Positions 34,088-47,256 of a DNA stretch of 64,000 bases are shown here, in pieces. A program made the translations under genes and the position numbers. The DNA is from Paraspadella gotoi (Eukaryota; Animalia; Chaetognatha), in contig CM119266.1 of NCBI GenBank assembly GCA_051294375.1, positions 749,554 to 813,553 on the forward strand, given 5' to 3'. How positions within the stretch are numbered: position 1 is the first letter of the stretch; each line of letters opens with the position of its first letter. The notes below the pieces were generated by a model. That model worked only from the letters and a program-made list of their open reading frames with translations, made no database searches and was not told the origin of the DNA.

Positions 34088-34381
34088 TCTTCTCTCTCTC
34101 TTCTCTCTCTCTCTCTCTCTTCTCTCTTCTTTCAGCCTCTGAATTTTCCCATGAACGCGGATAAAATTGTTGATAACAACGTAGAGAAAATAGTCATTAA
34201 TGTTACATAATTTGTAATGTAGTAGTTAGTAGTAGTAGTAGTATTTAGGTAAATATTATTTAATATCTCTCTCTTGNNNNNNNNNNNNNNNNNNNNNNNN
34301 NCCCTTTTTCCCCTCTCTCTCTCCTCCCTTCTTCCTCTCACTCTCTCTCTTTTCCCTTCTTATCCCTCTCCCCTTCCTCAC

Positions 34382-36531
34382 TTTAAAAACTGTATGGAGG
34401 GTGTGGACGAAGAGTCCATGGGACGCCTCAGAGCTCGAACTATGTCTTGAAGCCGTCGGAGGCGGCGTTTCCATCCTCCGATTGCGAAGAGGAATTGAGC
34501 TTTGGGATTCAACCTGAGTAGAGGGGGGCGTGAGTGAGGGGGAGTGAAAGTGGCGAATGGGGGCGAACGGATACAGTTGAGATGCAGCGGTGGCGACTGG
34601 CGAGTGAAAGTGGATTATTTTATAGGGATAAAGCAGTTTAATCGGCAAGAGCTGAAGGAAATTAATGAGTGACTAAGTCGTTCTGAACTTATGTCTTGAT
34701 TTCTCAATTTTTTTTAAAATAGTAATTTAAGCACCAAAGAAAATGGAGTGCTGTAAATCTTAAATTTCGCCACGAGTAAAAATCCACTCATTAGACGGTT
34801 ATAGTTTTTATAAATAAATCATTATTGCCATTTTGGAATGATTTATTTCATTAATTAATTATTATTCAGATATTTGAAGTGAATTAAAATACCTTCTTGA
34901 GCTCCATGAGTCGCCCAATGACTTCGTCGTCGTTTGGCTCAAAGGTGGCGAGTTCCCCATTTTTGATCGTCCCGAAGGAGAAGATGATGTGAGTGCAAAG
35001 AGTCGGGTCTACGTCCTCGGGCCAAAACTCACCCCCTGTGACAGGACGTTATATTTCAGCGTCAAAACAAATATTACATATATGAATGGATTTTATCACA
35101 CATCGTACATCAGGGATTTGAGAACAAGAAAGTATAATACGAAGATCTATTTAATCCGATTTCTAAAACTATTAATTGCTTTTTCTAAAACTATTAATTG
35201 CTTTTTGAAAAAAATTGTTTAGAGTTTAATGTAGTTTAGTTCCACCGTTTCTATATGAACCTTTTTTTTTGTAATATATATATTGAATATATTGAATATT
35301 GATAAAAAAAACCCATTGAAACCGAAACCTTATTTATTAGTATCATAAATCCATTTTCGCTTAAACAGAGAGCACTTTTAGGAATAATGAACGTGAAATT
35401 ATAACCACCTGATCCACCAAACTATTACTATATAAGTTATAAGAAAAATATTATAAAATAAAATATAAGGAAGGAAACGGAGATCACGAAGGGTCAAAGG
35501 AGGAGGCGACCGATAGACAGAAATGGAATCGAATTAGAGGAACATAAAAGGAGAAAATTCGTGGGAGGGAATCGAGGCTCAGATTCGCTCCGATGAAAAT
35601 GTCTTGAGGAAAAGTGGGCGGAGAGGGAGGAGCGGCAAGGGGAGTGGGAGATGTGAGGAGGGGGAAGTAGGGGTGGGGGAGGGAAGGAGGAGAATGGGAA
35701 GGGGGTTGAGATGAAGGGGAAGTAGGAGGAGAGAGGAAGAATGGAAAGAGACAAAGAGTAAAGGAGGGAAAATAAAGAATCGAGTCATGGAGGATTTAAA
35801 AGAAACTATGAGTAGAAAGCAATTTGGAGACAAAGGAGGAGTCAGTATTAGGAAAATTAGGATTAGAAAAGTAATAACGAGCAGCGGAGAAGACAACTGA
35901 AAATATCAAACTTAGCATGAAGAAGATAAAGAGAAAATCGAGTGAGGAGAGGCAAAAAANNNNNNNNNNGGAAGAAGATAAAGAGAAAATCAAGTGAGGA
36001 GAGACAAAAAAAGAGAAGAGAAAAAAGAGCGAAAAAAAAGCAAAAGAAAAAAAAATAGGAGAAAAAAGAAAACGGAAGATTAAGAATTTAACAGAATGAA
36101 TCGGGTAAGATAAAAAGGAAGAAAAATATTTAAAAAATTACCATAAGAGAAAAAATAATATTAAGCTTTGCTGTTTTTTTTTTCATAATCGCGAAACCAA
36201 ATTAACCTGTCAGTTATATTTTGACAAAAACATCTGGGAACTAAAAAAAAACTAAGTAAAAAAATTTTTGTCTGTTTTGGTTCAACATTGAGAAATATTT
36301 CGCGTTGGTCGCTTTATTGGGTCATTTGCTTCTTTCTCATCTGTACTGCGTCCGCTCCTTACCTTCAGGCTTGTACTGCATCTGCTCCTTACCTTCAGGC
36401 CTTTACTGAGTCCGCTCCTTACCTTCAGGCCTGTACTGCGCCCAGTTTGTGTAGTAGCAGACGATCTTGTATTCGGCGGTGACGCCAGCGACAAAAGCGG
36501 CGAAGAGGAGAGACAAAAACATCGACGCCAT
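34382..36531 (-). CDS. Duplicate of chitinase exons 1-3 (36531-36423, 35035-34893, ~34513-34382); haplotig/assembly duplicate or partial tandem copy
   Basis: MASMFLSLLFAAFVAGVTAEYKIVCYYTNWAQYRPE|GGEFWPEDVDPTLCTHIIFSFGTIKNGELATFEPNDDEVIGRLMELKK. Introns are co-linear with 31310-34150, and the copy is truncated at an N-gap. Confidence 0.75.
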
Positions 36532-36789
36532 CTTGAAACCTAAATTGTGGTTTTAGCGAGGGTAGAAGGAGAATATTTGGTTTTGTTTTAGACATTTCAA
36601 ATCGCTTTTTAATTCAATATAATAAACTTCATACGTTTTCATTAAAATTCAATTCAATTAAATATTATTTTGGCGCAGCTAAGAAAAGGAAAATATGAAA
36701 AGATTTTTTCTCAATTATTCAAAAATTAATGTTGCGCTATTAAATATTAAACTTTATCAATGATCTCTTTGTTAATTAATAATAAGATT

Positions 36790-36874
<85 letters not shown>

Positions 36875-38574
36875 GCCTCGAATTTCCCATGAACGCGATA
36901 AAAATTGTGATACAAACGTAGAAAAAAATAGTCATTAACGTTACAATTAATTAGTAATGTAGTAGTAGTAGTAGTAGTAATTTAGGTACAAATTTATTTA
37001 ATACAACTGATAAACGTCAAATGTATGCACTAAACTCTTAGAAATCGATTCTGGATTACCTGTATCATTCTATACACCATTCTACGTACGATATTTAAAA
37101 TTTAAAATTCACTAGCTTTTAATTTAAAGACAATTCTGTTTTTGGAGTCATTCTGTCGACATTCGATTGCAATGCGACAGATTTATGAATTCGGACAACC
37201 TAACATCTGCCAAAATCTGTAACATCTGTTCCTCGTCAACATCTGTAAAAAAAAGAATTCAATTTTAAAATTTCTCATTTTTCAATTTTAGGCTTCGCTG
37301 AGCTGTTATGGTCCTAGTCGTCGTCGTTGTTTTCGTGATTCTTTATTTAATTCAGTAAAATAGATTTCAACATTTTCACTTTTTAAAAAAGATTTATTTG
37401 TTAATGTTTATATGTTTATGTTTATTTGTTTACCTCTCATTCACTACATTCCTCCCGCAGTCGAATCTTTCTTCATCGATCATCAATCGTTACCCTTTTT
37501 TTTCCCTTCTTCTCCTTAAAGCGACATCTCGCGTTTTTCCTCCGCATTTTTCTCTGGCCACGACGGCCGCTCACCCGGCCAGACTCTTTTCTTCTTCTCA
37601 GACTCTTTTCCGCCCTTTCTATGACGCCCTCTGACCTCGCCTGACCTTTCATGACCCCCTTCTGACCTTTTTTTGACCTCGCCATGATCTCCTTCCCCTT
37701 TTCCAGTGACCCCTGACCCTCTTACTTCCCGACGTAGGAGTGATCATCGATTCTCGCGACTAAGAAAATACTTTTTTTTGATTTTGGCAGAAATGGAATG
37801 GCGATAATCCGACGCCAAAAAAACTTGTCAATAAAAGAAAAAGTATTATGAATAAAAGAAACAAAACATTTTAAAAAATTAAAATAATAATCAAAAAAAT
37901 TATAAATACATAAATGATGCTTTTTTACATTTACGTAAATGAAGATTAGGTTGAATTTCATTTTTTTTTAAATTTTGAAACAAAATGTAATAACGAGACA
38001 AAAATATTACTGTCACAAAGTTTGCCTTTTGTTTCTTTAAGTCCTGTCTCTCCCTCTCTTCCTTTTCTCCACCAGCGCGCCCTCTTTAAACCTCCTAAAT
38101 CGTTTTTAAACGTCCCACTGTTCATTTGTTCCCGACTTCTCGCCGACCTCAGCGATACGACGCGGATTTCGCGATCGAAACTGTCGACCCGAACACCTAT
38201 CGAGGGTCATTTCTTTCGCCGCGGCTGCTGCAGCTGCTGCTGTTGCGGTTATTCTTGTCGCTGTTTTGTTGTTGTTGTTGTTGTTATTATTCTAGCTTTC
38301 ATGAACCTGACCCGTCCTCATCCAGCTTTTTTTGCCATTACTCTTATGTCTACTCAACCTTCAACTCAACCAATTGCGGCCAAGATTAAGCACGTCCTCG
38401 ATACGCAGTTCTCTCTCCATCGCTCAATTTCGTCAGTCCAACTCCTCCTACCAACCCCTAAGCAACTGCCACCGCCCCACCAAATAATGAATCCCCCCCC
38501 CCACCGCTCTCGAGCCTCTCCATCAAATCCCCGGCTTTTTTCTCCTTCCGAAAAACCGACGGACTATTTGTCAC

Positions 38575-39036
38575 GTGGGGCTAAAAGTTGCCACCGGAAG
38601 TGGGAAAAACGCCGACGAGGACGACGACGATGACGACGACGATGAAGACGACGACGACCCCGATGAAGACGATGAGGAAGACGACGATGATGAAAAAGAC
38701 GACGACGATGAAGACGACGACATCCATGAAGACGATGAAGAAGGCAACGTCGAAGAGGACGACCATGAGGACTATAAAGACGATGAAGACGATGAAGAAA
38801 ATGACGACGATGTTGACCGATGTATGACGAAGACGACGAAAACGACGACGAAAAATGAGACAACTATGAAGACGACGACGACGACGACGAAGGAGAAGAT
38901 ATCGACAAAGACGACGGTGATGACAAAAGTAATGACAACGTTGACAATGAATTCAATATGGAGGCGAGAAACTTGTGCCTGTGATGACGACAATAACGCT
39001 GAGCCGACGATGTACCAAGAGAAAAGAACATCATAA
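38575..39036 (+). other. Poly-Asp/Glu (GAC/GAT/GAA) low-complexity tract, possibly an acidic coding exon
   Basis: About 70 codons of D/E with third-position variation. No convincing start, splice sites or family assignment. Confidence 0.3.
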
Positions 39037-39384
39037 TAATAATTAAAACAAAAAAAAACTAATGATAATGATTGCTGGAGATCCTTCAGCGAGTCTACGT
39101 TATAATTAAACACACGTCAATGACAAAGATTCAAACGAACGCCAAACCAACTGACCATGAAGTCGACAAACAAACAACAACAACAACGAAGGAAGACGGT
39201 TTTCGACAGGCGGTCGCTGATTCTGAGAAGAAAAACGGGAAGATAAAGGGTCTTGGCTTTGGGGGGGACCGTGGGCGGAAAGAAGGGGAGAGGGGAGAAG
39301 AGGGGATGGGGGGGAAGCAGAGCGCGGGAATAACTTTTTGTACGTAAAGTCTATCTTGGTGACAATTAATTCCTTAAAAGTAAA

Positions 39385-39457
39385 TGCCGAAACCCGGGAT
39401 CGAACCAGGGACCTTTAGATCTTCAGTCTAACGCTCTCCCAACTGAGCTATTTCGGC
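39385..39457 (-). tRNA. tRNA-Phe (GAA)
   Basis: GCCGAAATAGCTCAGTTGGGAGAGCGTTAGACTGAAGATCTAAAGGTCCCTGGTTCGATCCCGGGTTTCGGCA: full cloverleaf, no encoded CCA, T-run downstream. Confidence 0.98.
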
Positions 39458-40136
39458 GATAAGTTAAGGAAATTCAATTAATACTAAGTTGAGTTTTTTA
39501 AACGGCAGTAAATTTTTTTTATATAATATCGTTTCCGAGCTTCATATTGCCCATTCTAAATAAAAATTAGAAGCGATAGACTCAGGGCTGAGAATCCGTC
39601 GGTGTTTAGCGGCCTCCACAACTGCCAGAATCTTTCCTTCTGTCAATAAAACAAATTGCGCGTAATCAACTCAGTTCAAAACTATACTTTTCATTCAACT
39701 GACCAGTGTGTGACTCTTTATTTATACTCTGGGAGGGATTACATAGAGATAGCAAAACCTGGCCAGATAAACGACATCATCCAACGAAAAAGGAAAAAAA
39801 CTCATATTAGTAACGAATTTGAAATCAGCGATCGGAGTTTTCACCGTTCGAGCGGCGAACTTGAGTATAAAATTTGCTCAATTTGTAATTATAGAATATT
39901 TTTTTCTATTAACAATGACATGGAAATGACGAGTCTGAACATTATCGAAACTGGTCGTAGTCGTAGACAGTCGGATTTCCCATTTTCATTCTAGGTAAAA
40001 ATTATGTTGGGGATAAACATTAAACATTAAACGAGTGCATTTATATTCTTTGCCATTATTTCAATTCACGTTGTTGAATCATTTTTTCATGGCAGTTCTA
40101 ATGAGGAATGACTAAAAAACGCAAATATTAGAGGGG

Positions 40137-40167
<31 letters not shown>

Positions 40168-40991
40168 TAAAAATACAAATTACAAATACAAATACAAATT
40201 TTTTTTAATAGGTTGATTTACGTCCAGTTTCCACTACTTTTCAGTACTCAAAGGAATTCAGTTTTGAACGGGAGTTGTTATACCCGGGGTGAGACTAATT
40301 GTCTGCAGCATAGATTTACTTTTCCTTTGCTCTCAAATCTCGATCCTTTCGTAATTTTTCGTTAATATTTGAAACGTAATTCGGACGGAATGAAATCGTG
40401 GCAGTAGTTTCGAATTTGTCAAAGTCGCCACAACAATTTTTTGGTTCACGTATTGATGAATTTTTGGAAACCCGAGTCACAAAGAATTCAGTCATTTCAG
40501 TTTAACCAAATTTATAATAACTACTTAAAATTTCATCAACGTATTACAACTATTCAAAACAATAATAAAAGGACGATATATTTGAAGAAGATACAACGAG
40601 GTTAAAATGTGGTTAATAACCATACTTTGGACGGCGTTTAAAAAAAATAGAAAAACGTGGTTTTAGTTCTTAGCTTGAAATTAAAATGAGAGAAACTTTA
40701 CAATGTAACTATCTATAGAGAAAACTTCACAATGTAACTAACTTTAGAAATCTACTATAAATTAAATTCAATAGGGGCAGGGGTTCAGAACTTTCGTCTT
40801 GAAGTCTACTTTCAGGTAAAAAAAGAATTTTTAAAAAAGTTCGATTTTAATGCTTTTATTATTGGTATCAAAATTACAATATTACTATATATTATATAAT
40901 GATAAAAAATATTTTGATGGATTCTGATAAAGCATAAAAAGTTAAATAAAAAATATAACTACAACTTTAGGAAATATATTTTTTATTTTTT

Positions 40992-41100
40992 GAAAACAAC
41001 GATTTATTTGACAATAATAGTAGCAGGACATGTTTCGACTCTGTTTTTCCGAGTCTAAACATGTCCTGCTACTATTATTGTCAAATAAATCGTTGTTTTC
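40992..41100. repeat. Near-perfect palindrome: 50-bp arms, 9-nt loop, 1 mismatch
   Basis: 40992-41041 is the reverse complement of 41051-41100. Confidence 0.92.
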
Positions 41101-42018
41101 CGAAAAAAAAAATTTCATAATTTAAAACGCAACGAAAAGAGCGAATAACTACAATAACTACAACTTTTAAAATTTGATGTTTTCTTGGTCAAAATTAAGA
41201 AAAAGTAACAAAATTATCGAAATAAGATGATGATGATGATTATTAACAGTTTTTCATATTTTCTACCCACTTATGATCAAAATATCGAAAAAAAGAATTA
41301 TACTTCATCCGAAAGCTTAGTTCAAATTTCTTAACCACCTACCTTAGTTAGGCTTTCCCTAATCTAAGGACAATAAAAGGTCAGCCGCTGCCGACGTCGG
41401 AAATAATTCTTTGTGACTCAAGTCGCCAGAAATTATCATTATTCGATGGTCTTCTATTGTCCGGAGTTTACCTTTTTACTGAACTAACTAAAAATGCTCC
41501 GGCTTTTCGGCGGATTTTTAAAGTAAACATTTGTCTTGCATTTTCTCGAACCTTGTTCCAGGCTTTCTTTCATTTCATTTTCTCTGAAAATCGCGTAAAT
41601 GTTTAACACTTCGATTAAAATTCATTGCGATTAAAACTTATAATAGATTATAAATAAAAATTAAATATCATTTCTCCTACGCGTTATCATTATTGTATTT
41701 GCAGCGATACGTATCAACGATCAAATGAAAATTAAAATTCAACGACTTAATAAAATCGACGATTAGAATACGTTTTTCTCTTTTTTTTAAATAATAATTT
41801 CTTTTTATCTTTTTTTTTCAATTTTTTAAATTATTCAAAATGTAAATAAAAGGAATTTAAGGTAAGCATAACTTTAGAAATCTTTGAAGGCCTCGAAAAA
41901 TTCTGATTTGGACATAATGTTCACAATTTAATCCACGTAAAAAATAATTTGACTTAACGTTTTTTGTTTTTTCTCAATACTTTAATATTTCGTCGACGCC
42001 GCATTCGACTTCAGCGCC

Positions 42019-44568
42019 ATGGGGTGGGTTCGGTTCATCGCACTCGTTATCGTCATGACGGGAGCAGCGTTGGAGGTGAGAGAAAAATAAAAAGAAATAG
42101 AGAGCGAAAGAGAGAAATAACCAAGGTTCTCCCGCATCCCACCTCAGCTCCGAGCTGCGCCCAATCGCCCCACGCCGCTTCCCGTCATCCTCGACATGGA
42201 CGGCGCCGCAGCCGACGTCGCGTCCCTCCTCATGCTTCTGCGGCATTCGGGGGAGCGGCTCCGCCTCATCGGCGTCACCACCGTCAGAGGGAGCGCCTCC
42301 GCGCATCAGGCGGCTATCAACGCGAGACGCGTCATGAAACTGGCCCGTCTCGACGACGAAGACGAATACGGCGAAGGCGAAGACGATTACGACGAAATTC
42401 CTATCGTCGTAGGGGACGAATTTAATTCCGCGAACGTCCCCATCGAGGACCCGATTCTCTTTAATGGGTAAACAACGACGACGCCTACAACAGTTACAAT
42501 ATCAACGACGGTAATAACAACGAAAATAGCATCTGCATCAATGACAATAGAAATACATCAATAACAACAAAATTTCATTTCATATTAAATTATTTTACAG
42601 TAAAAGCCATCAACAATAAACTGATTTTGAAAAATAATTAATAATCATTAAATGAATAACGTTAATAACTAACAGAATTCATATAAATAATCGAATCAAC
42701 ATAAAGTAAAACAAAAATAACAACAAAGACGACAAACTGCCATCTTCCGTTTTGCGCAGACACGACGGACTAAGCGACGTTCCCCAAAAGATTTGGTCCA
42801 AATGGTTGAATCGCGTCAGTTACAACGGCGGCGACGCTGGCGCCGGCGGCACAGGAGGCGGTCGCATCGACGGCGGCGGCAGCTTTGGAGACTTCAGCGG
42901 CGTCGCTAGTGGCGTCGCAAGCGACGTTCTCGGCGTCGTCGAAGAGGATGAGATGATCGACTCCAAGAAGAGGTTGGCGTCCACTAGAGATATCTGTCTG
43001 TTTCTCTGCTCGCCTTTCTGATTGCCTGTCTTTCTTTTTATGAGTCAGTCTGTCATTTAAAAGTAAGTGGTGTACCAAGAGATTGATGTAACCTTACCAA
43101 TTTTTTCCCTCCTTCACTAACAATAGGTAAGGCCAATTGGTCAAAAAGTCCAAATGGTTTCAATGCTTTCCCCCAGTGGCCCGACCCCGGCAGAGTTCCT
43201 GGTGGCGGCGTCGAAAATGTTCAAAGGTCGGCTCGTCATCCTAGCCGTGGGGCCGCTGACGAATCTGGCCAAAGCGATCGAGATGGACGAAGAATTCGTG
43301 GGGAGGTTGAAGATGGTCAGGTTGGTTGCATTCGAAGTGTGGGATTAAATAATAAGGGTTTACAGGTCGGTTAGGTAAAGAATAAAGTATAAAGAATTAA
43401 AGAGTTAAAGATGGATGATGAGTTCTGGATTGAAACTCATAGGGGTATATCCTTTGCTCACTGAGAAAATACAAGAGAGATGATCATTGGTAGTCGCCAT
43501 AAAGTTGTGCCCTACAAACTGGTTAGATGGCCGAGTTTGACACAAAAAAAATACGTTATAGGTCGCAACGAAGAAGAGAAGAAAAGGAAAAGTAAATTGA
43601 AAGGAAAGGAAAGAAAATGAATGTTGCAATCTTACAGCTAAGCACCAATCGCTCGTATTCCCTTTCTGCAGCATCATGGGCGGGAACTACTTCGGCGAAG
43701 GCAACGCCAACGCAGCGGCGGAGTTTAACTTCTGGGCGGATCCACTCGCCGCCCATCACGTGTTGGAAAAACTCCATCCTGACAGAACGTTGATCTTCGG
43801 ATGGGAATTCTGCAAGAGGTCTTCAACTTGATGTGACGCTTTTTTTTCCTCGGGATTAACTCCCCCCCATTTTCTTTCCCCATTTCCAGCTACTCCATCC
43901 CCTGGCAGGAGTGGTTCAACACGCTCAACTCTCTCCACACCCGTGTGGCCTCCTCCATCGCTGCCTTCGACTCCAACGGCGCAACCTCCAACCTGACGCA
44001 GTCGGCCAAGATCTTCGTCGACGAGTTGGCGGCGGCGGCGATCCTTTGGCCGGAGCTCGTGCTGGAGAAGCAGAGCTTGTTTGCTACGGTAAGGCACGAA
44101 GTAGTTCAATAATTTTCTTATAATACTACAAACGCTTTACTCATTCTTCTTTCCAATATGAAATTTCTGAAAATAATGGAATTATTGCATTCATATTTTG
44201 TGATTACTGATTAGTGAGCTGAGGAGAGAAAAAGAAGTGCCGAAACCCGGGATTGAACCAGGGACCTTTAGATCTTCAGTCTAACGCTCTCCCAACTGAG
44301 CTATTTCGGCGGGTCTTTCCGTAATAATAAAAAAAATTATCCTAATCTTCATCCCTCCCTTTCGCTGGTCCAGGTTGAACGGAAAGGCGAATACACGACT
44401 GGCATGATGGTGTTGGACGAGAACGGAATGCTGGAGAGAAAACCGAATGTGGCCATCGTGCTGGGGATGGACTGGATGGAATTTAGGAAGAGAATCCTCG
44501 ACACTTTTTCGGTCGGGAATTGGAAGAAAGTGTTGATTAAAAGGAGGGGGAGAAAAAGAAGAGGATAG
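42019..44568 (+). CDS. Inosine-uridine nucleoside hydrolase family protein with signal peptide; exons 42019-42075, 42148-42467, 42760-42972, 43177-43320, 43672-43818, 43890-44088, 44374-44568
   Basis: PVILDMDG, LIGVTTV.G, G.DGLSD, LAVGPLTNLA, IMGGNY.GEGN, AAEFNFWADPLAAHHV and VE.KGEYTTGMMVLD. Phase-consistent GT-AG junctions. Confidence 0.9.
44238..44310 (-). tRNA. tRNA-Phe (GAA), intronic and antisense to the nucleoside hydrolase gene
   Basis: Identical to the 39385-39457 gene except T-loop TTCAATC. T-run terminator downstream. Confidence 0.97.
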
Positions 44569-45949
44569 AAAAGGATAAGAATTGCTTCGTGATTGTTTTG
44601 TGGAGGATTCACCCTGCTCAAGATTCACAATTCATCATAGTGATTCGTGAATGCCCTTGCACTGGGATGTCCCTGCGTTTTTATTAGCCTCGTATGGAAC
44701 TTTATCCAATTCTTTTTTAAAGTTTTTTTCTGGTTGAGGGAATGCTAATTATGTTATTTTGATTTTTGGTTATTAGGAAAAAAACCTTCATTGTAAACTT
44801 CACGCCTTGACCATGCCTCTCCAACCACGAATTATAAAAAAGTATTAAAAATTTAGTTCTTGTGTATATTTACTTTTCATGTTCGATTTGATTATTTAAC
44901 AAAATTACTGTTGCTTATTCGATGTTTAAAAAATTATTGTCCAACGAAAAATTAACTCAATAATAAATGGTAATAAAAAATTATTCTAATACGAGTAGTC
45001 CTAAAAAAAAAAAGCAGAATGCATCGGTAGGAATTGAAAGAGTTGGAGGGAAAGGATTAATCATTGACTAAATTGATTAAATACTGCACTTGTATTTGTA
45101 AATCCCACCAAAAAAATGTTTTAATTCAATTTACCTCACCTGTGCATATGATGTCCCTTCAAAATTTATGACTGAATCTCATTTTAAAAAATATAATTGG
45201 AAAAATAAAAGAAGTGAGTCGCGGCTCTCTCATGATCCACTTTCATCAACGCCATGAGTCCTATTGCTTTGTCAGTCAGTCAGTCAGTCAGTCTAAGGTC
45301 ATTGCCAAAGCGAGGGCAAAGTCGCCAGGGGACTGAGCGACTAAGAAGAAAGAGGACAGAGGAAGGGTTTAGAGAAGGGAGACCGATCGTAAGACGCCCC
45401 AGATTATTCAATTGATTAATTGGTTAATTATTTGATTAATTAATACAGCATACATTTTTTATTTAATAAAAGCATAATCGAGTAGTGAAACAGTTTCACT
45501 ATTCAGTTAATTAACGGACGGACGGACGGACTTCGATTTTTTCGCATAATTTATCATAATTTTATGTTCAGACATGATTTAAGTGACTTCCCGACAAGTC
45601 CAACAAAGTGAATTATCGAGTCGAGATCTGCTGTAAGCAAATCCGACTAAAAATTTACCAAACAAAAACGTAAAGAGACTTTAAAACATTTAAAAGAGAT
45701 ACTGAAAGACAAAACATATACATTTTTTTATGTATAATATCATATCCCTCGGTTTAACGGAAAATCATCTTCCCTTTCAATTTTTGAGAAAAAAAATTGG
45801 TCTCACTCTAAGGACGATTTATTATAATTTAAAAATTAAGTTATAAAGTAAACAATTATAACCACTTTAGTTCTAAGAATAGTCAATGCAAAGGTGTATT
45901 ACTTTTAAGAAATTCCTTTTTTCCTTCTATTAAATCGATTTTCAATGCA

Positions 45950-46340
45950 ACTTTTTGAATTAGTTCATTGGGTTGTTGCACTGAAGCTTTAAATATTTTA
46001 TTAATATATAAAAATGACAAAATTTTTTTTTATTTATTTTTTAAGAACGGATTTATATAGAGCTTAAAAGTTAAATGAAATTTAGTTACTACATATTTTT
46101 ACAAATTTTGACAATAAATTGGTTAAAAAATAAAAAAAAAAACTTTAAAAAATCATGATCATCATCATCATCATGGCTGAATTTTATAGTTTTTTTAAAA
46201 TTTTTATCAATAAAACAAAAAAATTTTAAAAAGTGTATTAATAACCTTTATCTAACTTTTTAAGCTCTATCAGAATCTATTAAAAAATTGAAAACTTAAA
46301 AAAAAATTAAAACTTTTATAGTAATAAAATAATCTTTAAA
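45950..46340. repeat. Degenerate AT-rich foldback
   Basis: ATAGAGCTTAAAAGTTA (~46057) pairs with TAACTTTTTAAGCTCTAT (~46253). Outer limits are approximate. Confidence 0.45.
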
Positions 46341-47063
46341 TGCTTCCGTGCGCTTATTAATAGGATAAATTTAAAAAATTATTTTTATTTTCATATTCTC
46401 TACCATTTATTTGAGAGAACTTCTAGTTTTCAACCTGTTCCGACCTGTGTATGTATGATAGATTCTCAAAATCTAAACATTGCAAAACTTGCGTGTATAA
46501 ATTCGAGTGTAATTCCTTCACTTGTTTGTTCTATGTAAATATTCAAAACCCATTTCATGATAACAACCTGCAATCGGATTATTTTCAGAAAAGCAAAAAA
46601 AACTCTGCCGGTAGCAACTTGAATGTTCTTGTTGATTTTGAAGCTTTTTGAATACAAATTATTTAAATTACCCATCATTTTATTTTTTAATTAAATGACA
46701 TCCTCTTTCTATCATTTGTTTTTAGTGTAAAACTCAGTAAATTTATATTTATAAAGTCCAATGTTTATTACTTCATTAGTCCTTCCGTCTTTTTGTTTTG
46801 AAATCATTAAGAAAGATTTCTAATTTTTCTCAGAACCGGTTAAGACGAATACGATGACGACGACGACGACGACGAAGACTTGATTGTAAAACCCTGACGT
46901 TCCAGTTTCGCGTCAAAGGTTGGTTGATGAGTTAAATCAAATTCGCGACAAAATAACTTACCTTCACATTAAAGAAAAAGAGAAATCGAAAAGAAACTAC
47001 TTTTCTCATCTTCCTCTACATTGTCAGCCGTGGACTTGGAAGCGTACCTTGTTTTCCAAGGTC

Positions 47064-47118
<55 letters not shown>

Positions 47119-47256
47119 CTCATTCGATCATTCTCATTCCGCCCTTCGACCTCTCTCTCTGGATCATTCCTCGACAGAAAAAAAAAACCGTTTTAATAAA
47201 AACCAAAAAAAAAACACAAAAAAACAAAAGAAAAAAGCAACAAGAAAGAAAGAAAG

